Shown: positions 21,478-30,653, counted from the stretch's first letter. The stretch is 44,432 nt of DNA from a bacterium (GCA_965233585.1 CBDDTI010000670.1:1-44432); one strand, 5' to 3'. Translations and numbers: made by a program. Notes: generated by a model not told the origin, from the sequence alone.

Positions 21478-21960
21478 TCATCGTTTATTTTCAAGTTTTT
21501 TTATAAAATGAGTTACAATTTCATCATTTTTTATTTTGGGTTTTTTTACAAATATTTTAACAAATTGTTGAGGAGACATTAAATTGTTGCCCACGGATAA
21601 ACAAAAAGCGGTCACGTACCAGCCGCAAAACAAAGAACGAAAATCCTGAATGGAATAAGACAGGATTGTTTTGAATGAGTTTTTTTCTATCCAAGGTCGT
21701 AAGAACTTCATCAAACATTGATTCCATATCGGCGGTAAAAAACCGAATGAATCAAAATAATAGAGTTGATTTTTTCCGTTGATATACATCGCTATGAAAT
21801 GTGATCCTTTTTGATTTTTTTTGGATAAGTTGGTGATGAAGCAACAAGGCAACTCAAGCGAATCGGACGGCAAATTATCGCTTGAAAAAACCCCGATGAA
21901 ATATTTACATCTTGGTCGAATATAATTGGATAAAAAGATATTTGATAATCCGTTTTCCAT
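21478..21960 (-). CDS. Adenain-like cysteine maturation protease
   Basis: GVFSSDNLP, GSHFIA, YFDSFG and IQ..SLFCGWY (His-Asp-Gln-Cys set). Confidence 0.93.
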   Translation of the reverse strand: MENGLSNIFLSNYIRPRCKYFIGVFSSDNLPSDSLELPCCFITNLSKKNQKGSHFIAMYINGKNQLYYFDSFGFLPPIWNQCLMKFLRPWIEKNSFKTILSYSIQDFRSLFCGWYVTAFCLSVGNNLMSPQQFVKIFVKKPKIKNDEIVTHFIKKLENKR

Positions 21961-21963
21961 GAT

Positions 21964-23307
21964 TTAATTTGTTCCTTTTATAACTTGTTGGAATTGATCT
22001 ATTTTAATGCCGGAGTTAAAAACAGAAAAAGCCAGAACGTATATAGGATGAGGAGTTATTACGGAAAAAGCCAATTCTAAATCTAAATTTCCGTAATTTT
22101 CCGGATGCACGTGGAACGAATTACATTGATCTGGTGTTAAATCGGCCGCTAGAAAAAATCTTCCGTTTAAATATTGTTCATACGTTAAACCAATGGATTG
22201 ATTGCCGTGCGAAATGCCAATACTGTCGTATAAATGCCGATACAAGTCAATGGCGTCCCCCTCGTTTATATTAGGTTGAAATGGTCTGGGAAATACGCAT
22301 TGTCCGTTCTTTTTTAAATTAAAAGTAGACAGATTAAAATGTTGAAAATTGAAAGGGTTTTTGTCCGGGGCGTGTGACATGGCTTGATTGTGAACCATCA
22401 CAAAAAACACTTGTTTCGGCAAAGTACCATTAGCGATATTGGCGATGTTAAAGGACGACACGCCTTGAGGAATAACATAATGTCTTAAACGTGTGGCGCT
22501 AAAAGGCAGGTAGCACGGTTCTTTTAAGAGTTTGTTTTTAAAACTTTCCCGTAGCAATAATGTGGGCAACACCTTTCTCATATGTAATTTGACATCTTTT
22601 AAAACAATTTTAAAAGGTTTTTCTGCCGCGGCATCTTGAAGCAAACCAAACTTTTCAGCGGATCTAACCAGCTTAATTTTGATGTCCACATTCGGAGGTA
22701 AAAATCTGTCGGTGTCAAACAGATCAACGGCTAAGCGCGTATTGAAATACACTTTTTTACCATCCATAATTAACTGCTTTCTTTTATTCAAAGACGGTGT
22801 GGCGGTTGTAACATTTATGGTATCAACTTCGTTAGCACTTTCGGGATAATAACCTTCAGCAGCCAGATAAGTTTTTTTCACCTCCGAATTGTAACTTAGG
22901 AATGATTGTATGAACATTCTCCAAGGATAAGTGACCGCTGAACTTAAATCAGCTACTTGGACCCCGTTTAAATATACTTCTACTTGGCTGAATAAACAAG
23001 CGGCAAAATGATTAGCCAGTGTGACTTTAGTATCATTTTTTACCTGTTCACCATCGTCATTTGTCACTACAAAATAGCCGCTAAGTCTGGTTTGATTCAG
23101 TATAAAAGAGCATTCGTTATCGCGAGGAACAAGAAATTCGACCGGTCCGGTGTTGGTGATAGAAGCCACGCTATTGTAAATAACGTGAGCCCCATCTAAT
23201 AAACCTGTTTCTACTTCTAACGGTGAGTGAAGCGCTAAACCACTTTCAGTGCCGTCGTTTTGTTCAACGGCCAATCCGGCAATTCCGCTTTTTTCAGGTA
23301 CGCCCAT
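21964..23307 (-). CDS. Double jelly-roll major capsid protein (PY/hexon-like); likely start MGVPEK
   Basis: GPVEF, ACLFSQVEVYLNG, YPWRMFI, DRFLPPNVDIKIKL, LPKQVFFVMV, NPFNFQHF and ADLTPD. Confidence 0.9.
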   Translation of the reverse strand: MGVPEKSGIAGLAVEQNDGTESGLALHSPLEVETGLLDGAHVIYNSVASITNTGPVEFLVPRDNECSFILNQTRLSGYFVVTNDDGEQVKNDTKVTLANHFAACLFSQVEVYLNGVQVADLSSAVTYPWRMFIQSFLSYNSEVKKTYLAAEGYYPESANEVDTINVTTATPSLNKRKQLIMDGKKVYFNTRLAVDLFDTDRFLPPNVDIKIKLVRSAEKFGLLQDAAAEKPFKIVLKDVKLHMRKVLPTLLLRESFKNKLLKEPCYLPFSATRLRHYVIPQGVSSFNIANIANGTLPKQVFFVMVHNQAMSHAPDKNPFNFQHFNLSTFNLKKNGQCVFPRPFQPNINEGDAIDLYRHLYDSIGISHGNQSIGLTYEQYLNGRFFLAADLTPDQCNSFHVHPENYGNLDLELAFSVITPHPIYVLAFSVFNSGIKIDQFQQVIKGTN

Positions 23308-23313
23308 AACAAG

Positions 23314-23856
23314 ATGGAAGTGCTGGTCAGCAATGTAAAAATTAGTTGTAAAGTTCATCTTATTAACAGCGACGAAATTTCTTTTAATACCGATAATACA
23401 ATAAAACGTTATAATAATTTTGTTGTAATAAGAAAAAAATATTCCTTTATTATATTTACCAAAACAAAGCAAAATCGACATTTTCACGTAAACATTACAA
23501 AAATTCCCTCTACAGAACACATTGCGAAAGCATTAGACGAACTAAAACTTGTTATAAATAGCGAATTTGTTGTTAAAATATTTAAAGTAGAAAACATGAC
23601 TTGTTTGTATCAATCAAAAGAAGAGATCAAATTATTAAGATTTTACAACCATTTAAAATCGAATGAAGATTTTGAAATCATTCATAAGAGATACGACCCA
23701 GAAAAATTCCCAGGCGTATTTTTAAAAGTAAAAAAGTGTTCGGCTTTAATATTTTCGTCGGGAAAAATAGTTATAATTGGAGCCTCCAGCGAAGAAGATG
23801 CTAAACAAGGAATAAAAATTATTATTAAATTATTAAAAAAATATAAAATCGAATGA
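23314..23856 (+). CDS. TBP: TATA-binding protein-like (divergent, 180 aa)
   Basis: C-terminal repeat KVENMTC...YDPEKFPGVFLK..SALIFSSGKIVIIGASSEED. Diverged N-terminal repeat VSNVKISC...NNFVVIR.KYSFIIF..VNIT. Confidence 0.88.
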   Translation: MEVLVSNVKISCKVHLINSDEISFNTDNTIKRYNNFVVIRKKYSFIIFTKTKQNRHFHVNITKIPSTEHIAKALDELKLVINSEFVVKIFKVENMTCLYQSKEEIKLLRFYNHLKSNEDFEIIHKRYDPEKFPGVFLKVKKCSALIFSSGKIVIIGASSEEDAKQGIKIIIKLLKKYKIE

Positions 23857-23912
23857 TGTAAATAATGTTTATTTAGTTGAGTTTCGATATCTATACAATA
23901 AACATCGAAATT

Positions 23913-24671
23913 ATGCACGAGAAAGTAGATTATACTAAAATATGCAATCATGAATATCCAGTAGAAGACACCAGGCAAGGGGACGTGGTGTGTACCGAGT
24001 GTGGATTAGTTATTGATAAAATATATTGCTATAATTCAACAAAATCAAATTTGGAAACAGAATGGGACAAAATAAAAACATTTGATAAAGAAATTAAACA
24101 AAAAAACCAGCATTTAGAGAAAGAAAAAAATATTTTAAAAATTTTATGCAATAAATTACATTTAAATAATGATGTTACAAATGTTATTTTGAATCTATGG
24201 TCAGATATAGCAGCGTGGCATTATCGAAAAGGTGGAAAAATTAAAATAGATGCCAAAGGATTGGTGGTTATGGCGTTGTATCAAGGGTTGATAAAAGAAA
24301 AAATTCCCCGTCCGATAAGTCATTTGTGTCAAGAAGTCGGCATTAATCCAAAGATAGTGTGGCGTTGGATGAAATTATACAGACGGGATTTGACTGACAT
24401 GAATAAATTAGACAATTACATAAAGGCGAAAGATATGAAAGAATATTTTTTACAGCCGCTGCAGTTAAATTATCAAGAAATGACGTCCATTGAACAAATA
24501 TTAAAAAAAAATGAAAATAGTTCTTTTGCTCCAAGAACTTTATTAGCTGCATGCGCTTATGCCTTTTTAAAAGAATCCAAATTGCGATATTTAAGCGTCA
24601 AAAACATGGCTCACATTTTAGGCGTCAGTGTTATGTCGTTGTACAGATGTCGTAAAAGTCTAAATCAATAA
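23913..24671 (+). CDS. TFIIB: TFIIB/Brf-like transcription initiation factor (252 aa)
   Basis: Zn ribbon CNH..VEDTRQGDVVCTECGLVID. Cyclin-fold-like repeats: LCNKLHL, PRPISHLC, PRTLLAACAY and KNMAHILGVSVMSL. Confidence 0.85.
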   Translation: MHEKVDYTKICNHEYPVEDTRQGDVVCTECGLVIDKIYCYNSTKSNLETEWDKIKTFDKEIKQKNQHLEKEKNILKILCNKLHLNNDVTNVILNLWSDIAAWHYRKGGKIKIDAKGLVVMALYQGLIKEKIPRPISHLCQEVGINPKIVWRWMKLYRRDLTDMNKLDNYIKAKDMKEYFLQPLQLNYQEMTSIEQILKKNENSSFAPRTLLAACAYAFLKESKLRYLSVKNMAHILGVSVMSLYRCRKSLNQ

Positions 24672-24680
24672 AATACATAT

Positions 24681-25082
24681 ATGAATTACCACAGCGGTTT
24701 ACATTGGCAACGAGGTTCGGGAATTGGATCGCTTTTTTCCGGAATTTTTCGCGGATTAATGCCGGTAGCAAAATCGACGATAAAAACTATTGGACGTGTA
24801 GCCAAAAGCGCCCCGATAAAATCTGTAGGAAAAGCTTTAAAAAAAGAAGCGACAAGAGCGGCTGTAGAAACGGCGATAGAAGCTTTGGAGGGTCAACCGG
24901 TGGGCAGAAAAGCAAAACAACGTTTAAAATCCGCTACACGAGGTATTTTGCTTAACGCTGCCAGACAAGCCGATAGCAACGACGACTATCGAACTCAAAA
25001 TTCGAACAGAAAAAGGAAACCCTCGTCAATTACGCAATCTAGGAAAAAAAGGCGCAAAATATCGAAAGAACCTCTGTTTTAA
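24681..25082 (+). CDS. Basic Polinton core protein with an N-terminal amphipathic helix
   Basis: QRGSGIGSLFSGIFRGLMPVAK and an Arg/Lys-rich tail. Confidence 0.78.
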   Translation: MNYHSGLHWQRGSGIGSLFSGIFRGLMPVAKSTIKTIGRVAKSAPIKSVGKALKKEATRAAVETAIEALEGQPVGRKAKQRLKSATRGILLNAARQADSNDDYRTQNSNRKRKPSSITQSRKKRRKISKEPLF

Positions 25083-26171
25083 ATGTCGACAACAACAAAA
25101 GAGATTTTTTTAAAAGAATACGCGAAACCGGGTTCGCCAATAGCTTTTGCATCTCCCGCCCTAATCTATCATTATTATAAGAAACAAATCCCTTTGACGT
25201 TAATCGAGGAGTGGCTAAAAGGAACAGACTCCTACACATTACACAAACAGCCTAAATTTCCCAGACCGAGAAATCCAACATTTGCTTATCGAAAACGGTA
25301 TCAGTTTCAAATTGACCTTATAGATTTAGGAAATTTGGCTGAACAAAATGATTCTAATAGATACCTTTTGACAGCCATTGATATTTTTACACGATTCGCC
25401 TTTGTAGAACCACTAAAAAATAAAATGGCAAAAACATTTATGGAAGGCTTTGAATCTATTATGAAAAGAGCAAAACAATTTCCGCGTAGAATTTTAGCCG
25501 ATAAAGGAGCGGAAATTAAGAATAAATTGTTTCAAGCCTACTGCAAAAACAATAACATTCTTCTGTTACACAGCAATAATTTTGTGCACGCCCCCTTTGT
25601 GGAAAGATTTAACCGAACTTTAAAAAACCTGTTGTTTAGATACATGACTCACGAAAATACCGATAGGTACATTGACGCGTTACCCTTTCTTGTCCATACC
25701 TACAACAATCGTAAACATCGCATGATCGGAATGTCACCTGCCGAAGCCGAACTCCCCGGGAGAACCTATCACATTAGAAGAAAACAAGAATTGGTTTATT
25801 CAAAGATTAAAAGAACGAAACCAAAATACAAAATCGGTCAAACCGTGCGTATTAGTATTATGAAGGGGAAATTTGACAGAGGATTTACGCCGCAATTCAA
25901 AGAAGAAATTTTTAAAATAAAATCAATTTCTACACGTTTGCCAAAACCCACTTATGAGTTAGAGACTTTGGAACAGGATGAAACTTTGGAAGGAAATTTT
26001 TATGAAAGTGAGCTTACACCCGTAGATGAGCCAGAAGTATTTGCCATCGAAAAGATTCTTCGGACAAAAAAAGATAAAAAAACCGGTGAAAAAATGGCTT
26101 TAATAAAATGGAAAGGGTATAAAAACCCTAGTTGGACATACGAAAAAGACATAGTCGATATGCCACAATAG
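25083..26171 (+). CDS. int: Retroviral-like DDE integrase with C-terminal chromodomain
   Basis: QIDLIDL, AIDIFTRF, ADKGAE, VERFNRTLK, and chromo-like IEKIL...IKWKGY..SW. Confidence 0.95.
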   Translation: MSTTTKEIFLKEYAKPGSPIAFASPALIYHYYKKQIPLTLIEEWLKGTDSYTLHKQPKFPRPRNPTFAYRKRYQFQIDLIDLGNLAEQNDSNRYLLTAIDIFTRFAFVEPLKNKMAKTFMEGFESIMKRAKQFPRRILADKGAEIKNKLFQAYCKNNNILLLHSNNFVHAPFVERFNRTLKNLLFRYMTHENTDRYIDALPFLVHTYNNRKHRMIGMSPAEAELPGRTYHIRRKQELVYSKIKRTKPKYKIGQTVRISIMKGKFDRGFTPQFKEEIFKIKSISTRLPKPTYELETLEQDETLEGNFYESELTPVDEPEVFAIEKILRTKKDKKTGEKMALIKWKGYKNPSWTYEKDIVDMPQ

Positions 26172-26177
26172 CGCGGA

Positions 26178-27917
26178 ATGGATTATAATATTTATTGCGT
26201 GTCAAACGCTAGTTCCGATACGGATGACAAAAATACTTTGAATTCTTTTACCAATTTATTTCCACAAAATTTAGACTTGAAAGATAGAGAATGGGAAATT
26301 GGAATAGTGTCTATTGGATTACATTATAATTACAACCAATTAACTTTGTCAAAAGGCCAATCTTGTTTTATCACGCTAAAAAACGAATTAACATCTATAG
26401 ACTCTTCGGAAGAAGACATAAGGTCCGAAATTTTAGACCAGACAAAATCCATTTGGGTTTTGCCTGATTTAGATGAAGATGTATTGACAGTGCATAGACT
26501 GATGCAAAACTTGATGCAATATATTTACAAGGAAGGAATGGGATTGTATAGTTTTAAACCCAAATCAGGGGGTAAAGATGAAAAAGCTTATGTAATAGAT
26601 GAAAATCCGAAAAAAGAAATGGAAAATGAAAATTACAATTATAATAGGTATTTGTTGATACATAAACATTTAATAAAAATTTTAAGATTAAAATGTTACC
26701 AAAACGGCTTTGTGTCCTCCCAAGCAAAAACAATTAAGTTATTTGACAACGAATATGCATACTTTTCTGTAAAGAAAAATTTTGCGCTTCTAACTACAGC
26801 AATTAAAGCGTATTCCGTTTTGAAGCCCGGTCTGGTTCAAATAAAATCAAATATTATTTCCGACGTTCCCAGCGGAAATAGTTATTCCACAATTATGTTT
26901 ACAATGACTTTGCCTAATCAAATGGAAGGTTATTATTTTTACCATAATGTAAAAAAAATCAGATATTATCAGGTGCGACAAACCAATATCGAAACGATAA
27001 ACACACAATTTACAGATTCTTTTGGAAATCTTTTAAGTTTAAACGAAGGACAGCCGTCTATAGTGCATTTTCATTTAAAAGAAAAAGACAAAAATATGGA
27101 TTACGAATTAACGCACGTACGAATTGATTCACAAGTAGATACCAAATTGAATTACGAAAATACAAATAGTAGCTTTTGGGTGCACTTAAAACATCCAATA
27201 AGTTTGAATCAAAACGTAAAAATAGCCTTGATGGATATATCTTTTCCCAACACCATATGTAGCATTCCAGAATCAATTGGAAGGAATCCGTTTATCTTTA
27301 ATGTGTTAATGACCCAAAACGAAACAAAAAGACACGTCGTGGAAATACCAAAACTTTATTTCTGCAACTCTGATGATCTAACAACATCAATGAACCGTCT
27401 GTTATCTGAAGAACTAAAGGAAATTTTACATTTTGACAACTTTAACGGGTTCTTTAGGATTGTGGCTAAAACAGATAAACCCTTTTCGATAAGCATTCCC
27501 AAAAACTTTTGCCCGTTTTTAGGAATGTACGATTACTCGGAGAAAGAACTTGCAAGAATTGAGGAACGAGGTGATTACGTCACGCTTGCAGTGACTAAGG
27601 AAAGATTTTTTGAAGCACCACAACCAATAGACGTTTACAAGTTATATCCCGGTGTTATGATATGTTATGCAAATTTTGTTCAACATTCCATTATTGGAGA
27701 CAAATTTTACCCAACATTTAGAGTTATACCAACAATCGGCCAATCCACACAAAATGATTACTGTTCTATCCATTTTGAACATTTAGAATTCATAAGATGC
27801 AATGTCGATTATTTAGACAACATGAAGATCGAACTGAGGAGATTAGACGGGAATTTGATTGAATTTAACGACGATCGAAGAATAATTTTAAACATTGTAA
27901 TAAAAAATCCAATTTAA
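26178..27917 (+). CDS. Minor capsid (penton/PX-like) protein made of two tandem units
   Basis: Unit 1: SNAS....NTLNSF...LDL..EWEIGIVSI...FTDSFGN...VHFHLK. Unit 2 (from 27096): NTNSSF.V.L.HPISL...IALMDISFP...IIGD...RVIP...IELRRLDGNLIEF. Confidence 0.8.
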   Translation: MDYNIYCVSNASSDTDDKNTLNSFTNLFPQNLDLKDREWEIGIVSIGLHYNYNQLTLSKGQSCFITLKNELTSIDSSEEDIRSEILDQTKSIWVLPDLDEDVLTVHRLMQNLMQYIYKEGMGLYSFKPKSGGKDEKAYVIDENPKKEMENENYNYNRYLLIHKHLIKILRLKCYQNGFVSSQAKTIKLFDNEYAYFSVKKNFALLTTAIKAYSVLKPGLVQIKSNIISDVPSGNSYSTIMFTMTLPNQMEGYYFYHNVKKIRYYQVRQTNIETINTQFTDSFGNLLSLNEGQPSIVHFHLKEKDKNMDYELTHVRIDSQVDTKLNYENTNSSFWVHLKHPISLNQNVKIALMDISFPNTICSIPESIGRNPFIFNVLMTQNETKRHVVEIPKLYFCNSDDLTTSMNRLLSEELKEILHFDNFNGFFRIVAKTDKPFSISIPKNFCPFLGMYDYSEKELARIEERGDYVTLAVTKERFFEAPQPIDVYKLYPGVMICYANFVQHSIIGDKFYPTFRVIPTIGQSTQNDYCSIHFEHLEFIRCNVDYLDNMKIELRRLDGNLIEFNDDRRIILNIVIKNPI

Positions 27918-27925
27918 ATTTTATT

Positions 27926-28162
27926 TCAATAAAACAATTTATTTGAAAATAACGAATTATTGGTGAGATTTAATAAAGAAATATCTAAAGTTTGATTCGC
28001 AAGATTAAGCGCCTTTAAACCGTTATAAGTTAGTCTGTACATTAACCAAAGAAAAACGGAAGTAATAACAAAAATTGATAAAATCATCGCGCACAGACTA
28101 CAACAATCGTTTCTTGAACAAAGATCAGGAGATTACAAATCTTGATGAAACGTATCTTGGTC
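27926..28162 (-). pseudogene. 5'-truncated copy of the small membrane-protein gene (36284-36589)
   Basis: Reverse-complement match to ~36350-36589, cut at the duplication junction. Confidence 0.8.
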
Positions 28163-28338
28163 ATTCATAAGAGATACGACCCAGAAAAATTTCCAGGCGT
28201 ATTTTTAAAAGTAAAAAAGTGTTCGGCTTTAATATTTTCGTCGGGAAAAATAGCTATAATTGGAGCCTCCAGCGAAGAAGATGCTAAACAAGGAATAAAA
28301 ATTATTATTAAATTATAAAAAAATATAAAATCGAATGA
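28161..28338 (+). pseudogene. TBP: 3' fragment of the TBP-like gene
   Basis: Encodes HKRYDPEKFPGVFLK...; has a 1-nt deletion near the end. Confidence 0.85.
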
Positions 28339-28394
28339 TGTAAATAATGTTTATTTAGTTGAGTTTCGATATCTATACAATAAACATCGAAATT

Positions 28395-29153
28395 ATGCAC
28401 GAGAAAGTAGATTATACTAAAATATGCAATCATGAATATCCAGTAGAAGACACCAGGCAAGGGGACGTGGTGTGTACCGAGTGTGGATTAGTTATTGATA
28501 AAATATATTGCTATAATTCAACAAAATCAAATTTGGAAACAGAATGGGACAAAATAAAAACATTTGATAAAGAAATTAAACAAAAAAACCAGCATTTAGA
28601 GAAAGAAAAAAATATTTTAAAAATTTTATGCAATAAATTACATTTAAATAATGATGTTACAAATGTTATTTTGAATCTATGGTCAGATATAGCAGCGTGG
28701 CATTATCAAAAAGGTGGAAAAATTAAAATAGATGCCAAAGGACTGGTGGTTATGGCGTTGTATCAAGGGTTGATAAAAGAAAAAATTCCCCGTCCGATAA
28801 GTCATTTGTGTCAAGAAGTTGGCATTAATCCAAAGATAGTGTGGCGTTGGATGAAATTATACAGACGGGATTTGACTGACATGAATAAATTAGACAATTA
28901 CATAAAGGCGAAAGATATGAAAGAATATTTTTTACAGCCGATGCAGTTAAATTATCAAGAAATGATGTCCATTGAACAAATATTAAAAAAAAATGAAAAT
29001 AGTTCTTTTGCTCCAAGAACTTTATTAGCTGCATGCGCTTATGCCTTTTTAAAAGAATCCAAATTGCGATATTTAAGCGTCAAAAACATGGCTCACATTT
29101 CAGGCATCAGTGTTATGTCGTTGTACAGATGTCGTAAAAGTCTAAATCAATAA
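28395..29153 (+). CDS. TFIIB: TFIIB-like protein, copy B
   Basis: Near-identical to 23913-24671. Confidence 0.82.
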   Translation: MHEKVDYTKICNHEYPVEDTRQGDVVCTECGLVIDKIYCYNSTKSNLETEWDKIKTFDKEIKQKNQHLEKEKNILKILCNKLHLNNDVTNVILNLWSDIAAWHYQKGGKIKIDAKGLVVMALYQGLIKEKIPRPISHLCQEVGINPKIVWRWMKLYRRDLTDMNKLDNYIKAKDMKEYFLQPMQLNYQEMMSIEQILKKNENSSFAPRTLLAACAYAFLKESKLRYLSVKNMAHISGISVMSLYRCRKSLNQ

Positions 29154-29162
29154 AATACATAT

Positions 29163-29564
29163 ATGAATTACCACAGCGGTTTACATTGGCTACGAGGTTC
29201 GGGAATTGGATCGCTTTTTTCTGGAATTTTTCGCAGATTAATGCCGGTAGCAAAATCGACGATAAAAACTATTGGACGTGTAGCCAAAAGCGCCCCGATA
29301 AAATCTGTAGGAAAAGCTTTAAAAAAAGAAGCGACAAGAGCAGCTGTAGAAACGGCGATAGAAGCTTTGGAGGGTCAACCGGTGGGCAGAAAAGCAAAAC
29401 AACGTTTAAAATCCGCTACACGAGGTATTTTGCTTAACGCTGCCAGACAAGCCGATAGCAACGACGACTATCGAACTCAAAATTCGAACAGAAAAAGGAA
29501 ACCCTTGTCAATTACGCAATCTAGGAAAAAAAGGCGCAATATATCAAAAGAACCTCTGTTTTAA
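29163..29564 (+). CDS. Basic core protein, copy B
   Basis: Near-identical to 24681-25082. Confidence 0.78.
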   Translation: MNYHSGLHWLRGSGIGSLFSGIFRRLMPVAKSTIKTIGRVAKSAPIKSVGKALKKEATRAAVETAIEALEGQPVGRKAKQRLKSATRGILLNAARQADSNDDYRTQNSNRKRKPLSITQSRKKRRNISKEPLF

Positions 29565-30653
29565 ATGTCGACGACAACAAAAGAGATTTTTTTAAAAGAA
29601 TACGCGAAACCGGGTTCGCCAATAGCTTTTGCATCTCCCGCCCTAATCTATCATTATTATAAGAAACAAATCCCTTTGACGTTAATCGAGGAGTGGCTAA
29701 AAGGAACAGACTCCTACACATTACACAAACAGCCTAAATTTCCCAGACCGAGAAATCCAACATTTGCTTATCGAAAACGGTATCAGTTTCAAATTGACCT
29801 TATAGATTTAGGAAATTTGGCTGAACAAAATTATTCTAATAGATACCTTTTGACAGCCATTGATATTTTTACACGATTCGCCTTTGTAGAACCACTAAAA
29901 AATAAAATGGCAAAAACATTTATGGAAGGCTTTGAATCTATTATGAAAAGAGCAAAACAATTTCCGCGTAGAATTTTAGCCGATAAAGGAGCGGAAATTA
30001 AGAATAAATTGTTTCAAGCCTACTGCAAAAACAATAACATTCTTCTGTTACACAGCAATAATTTTGTGCACGCCCCCTTTGTGGAAAGATTTAACCGAAC
30101 TTTAAAAAACCTGTTGTTTAGATACATGACTCACGAAAATACCGATAGGTACATTGACGCGTTACCCTTTCTTGTCCATACCTACAACAATCGTAAACAT
30201 CGCATGATCGGAATGTCACCTGCCGAAGCCGAACTCCCCGGGAGAACCTATCACATTAGAAGAAAACAAGAATTGGTTTATTCAAAGATTAAAAGAACGA
30301 AACCAAAATACAAAATCGGTCAAACCGTGCGTATTAGTATTATGAAGGGGAAATTTGACAGAGGATTTACGCCGCAATTCAAAGAAGAAATTTTTAAAAT
30401 AAAATCAATTTCTACACGTTTGCCAAAACCCACTTATGAGTTAGAGACTTTGGAACAGGATGAAACTTTGGAAGGAAATTTTTATGAAAGTGAGCTTACA
30501 CCCGTAGATGAGCCAGAAGTATTTGCCATCGAAAAGATTCTTCGGACAAAAAAAGATAAAAAAACCGGTGAAAAAATGGCTTTAATAAAATGGAAAGGGT
30601 ATAAAAACCCTAGTTGGACATACGAAAAAGACATAGTCGATATGCCACAATAG
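29565..30653 (+). CDS. int: Integrase, copy B
   Basis: Near-identical to 25083-26171. Confidence 0.93.
   Translation: MSTTTKEIFLKEYAKPGSPIAFASPALIYHYYKKQIPLTLIEEWLKGTDSYTLHKQPKFPRPRNPTFAYRKRYQFQIDLIDLGNLAEQNYSNRYLLTAIDIFTRFAFVEPLKNKMAKTFMEGFESIMKRAKQFPRRILADKGAEIKNKLFQAYCKNNNILLLHSNNFVHAPFVERFNRTLKNLLFRYMTHENTDRYIDALPFLVHTYNNRKHRMIGMSPAEAELPGRTYHIRRKQELVYSKIKRTKPKYKIGQTVRISIMKGKFDRGFTPQFKEEIFKIKSISTRLPKPTYELETLEQDETLEGNFYESELTPVDEPEVFAIEKILRTKKDKKTGEKMALIKWKGYKNPSWTYEKDIVDMPQ

Larger units (their letters stand above)
8500..28162 (+). mobile_element. Polinton/Maverick (adintovirus-like endogenous virus), copy A; left boundary approximate, right end truncated
   Basis: Complete hallmark set: pPolB, packaging ATPase, adenain protease, MCP, minor capsid and retroviral-like integrase. 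AT-rich. Confidence 0.95.

Noticed and set aside
23260..23520. Extended overlapping N-termini of MCP (from 23520) and TBP (from 23260), and the TTG start of TFIIB (23877)
   Set aside because: The extensions are antisense read-through of the neighbouring gene or use non-ATG starts. Recognisable homology begins at MGVPEK, MEVLVSN and MHEK.
23857..23876. TBP-TFIIB fusion by splicing
   Set aside because: The GT...AG segment is only 19 nt and lies after the TBP stop codon.
19495..27917. Endogenous giant virus (NCLDV) suggested by TBP/TFIIB
   Set aside because: No RNA polymerase, primase-helicase or other NCLDV core genes. The polymerase is protein-primed and linked to a Polinton integrase, adenain and capsids.
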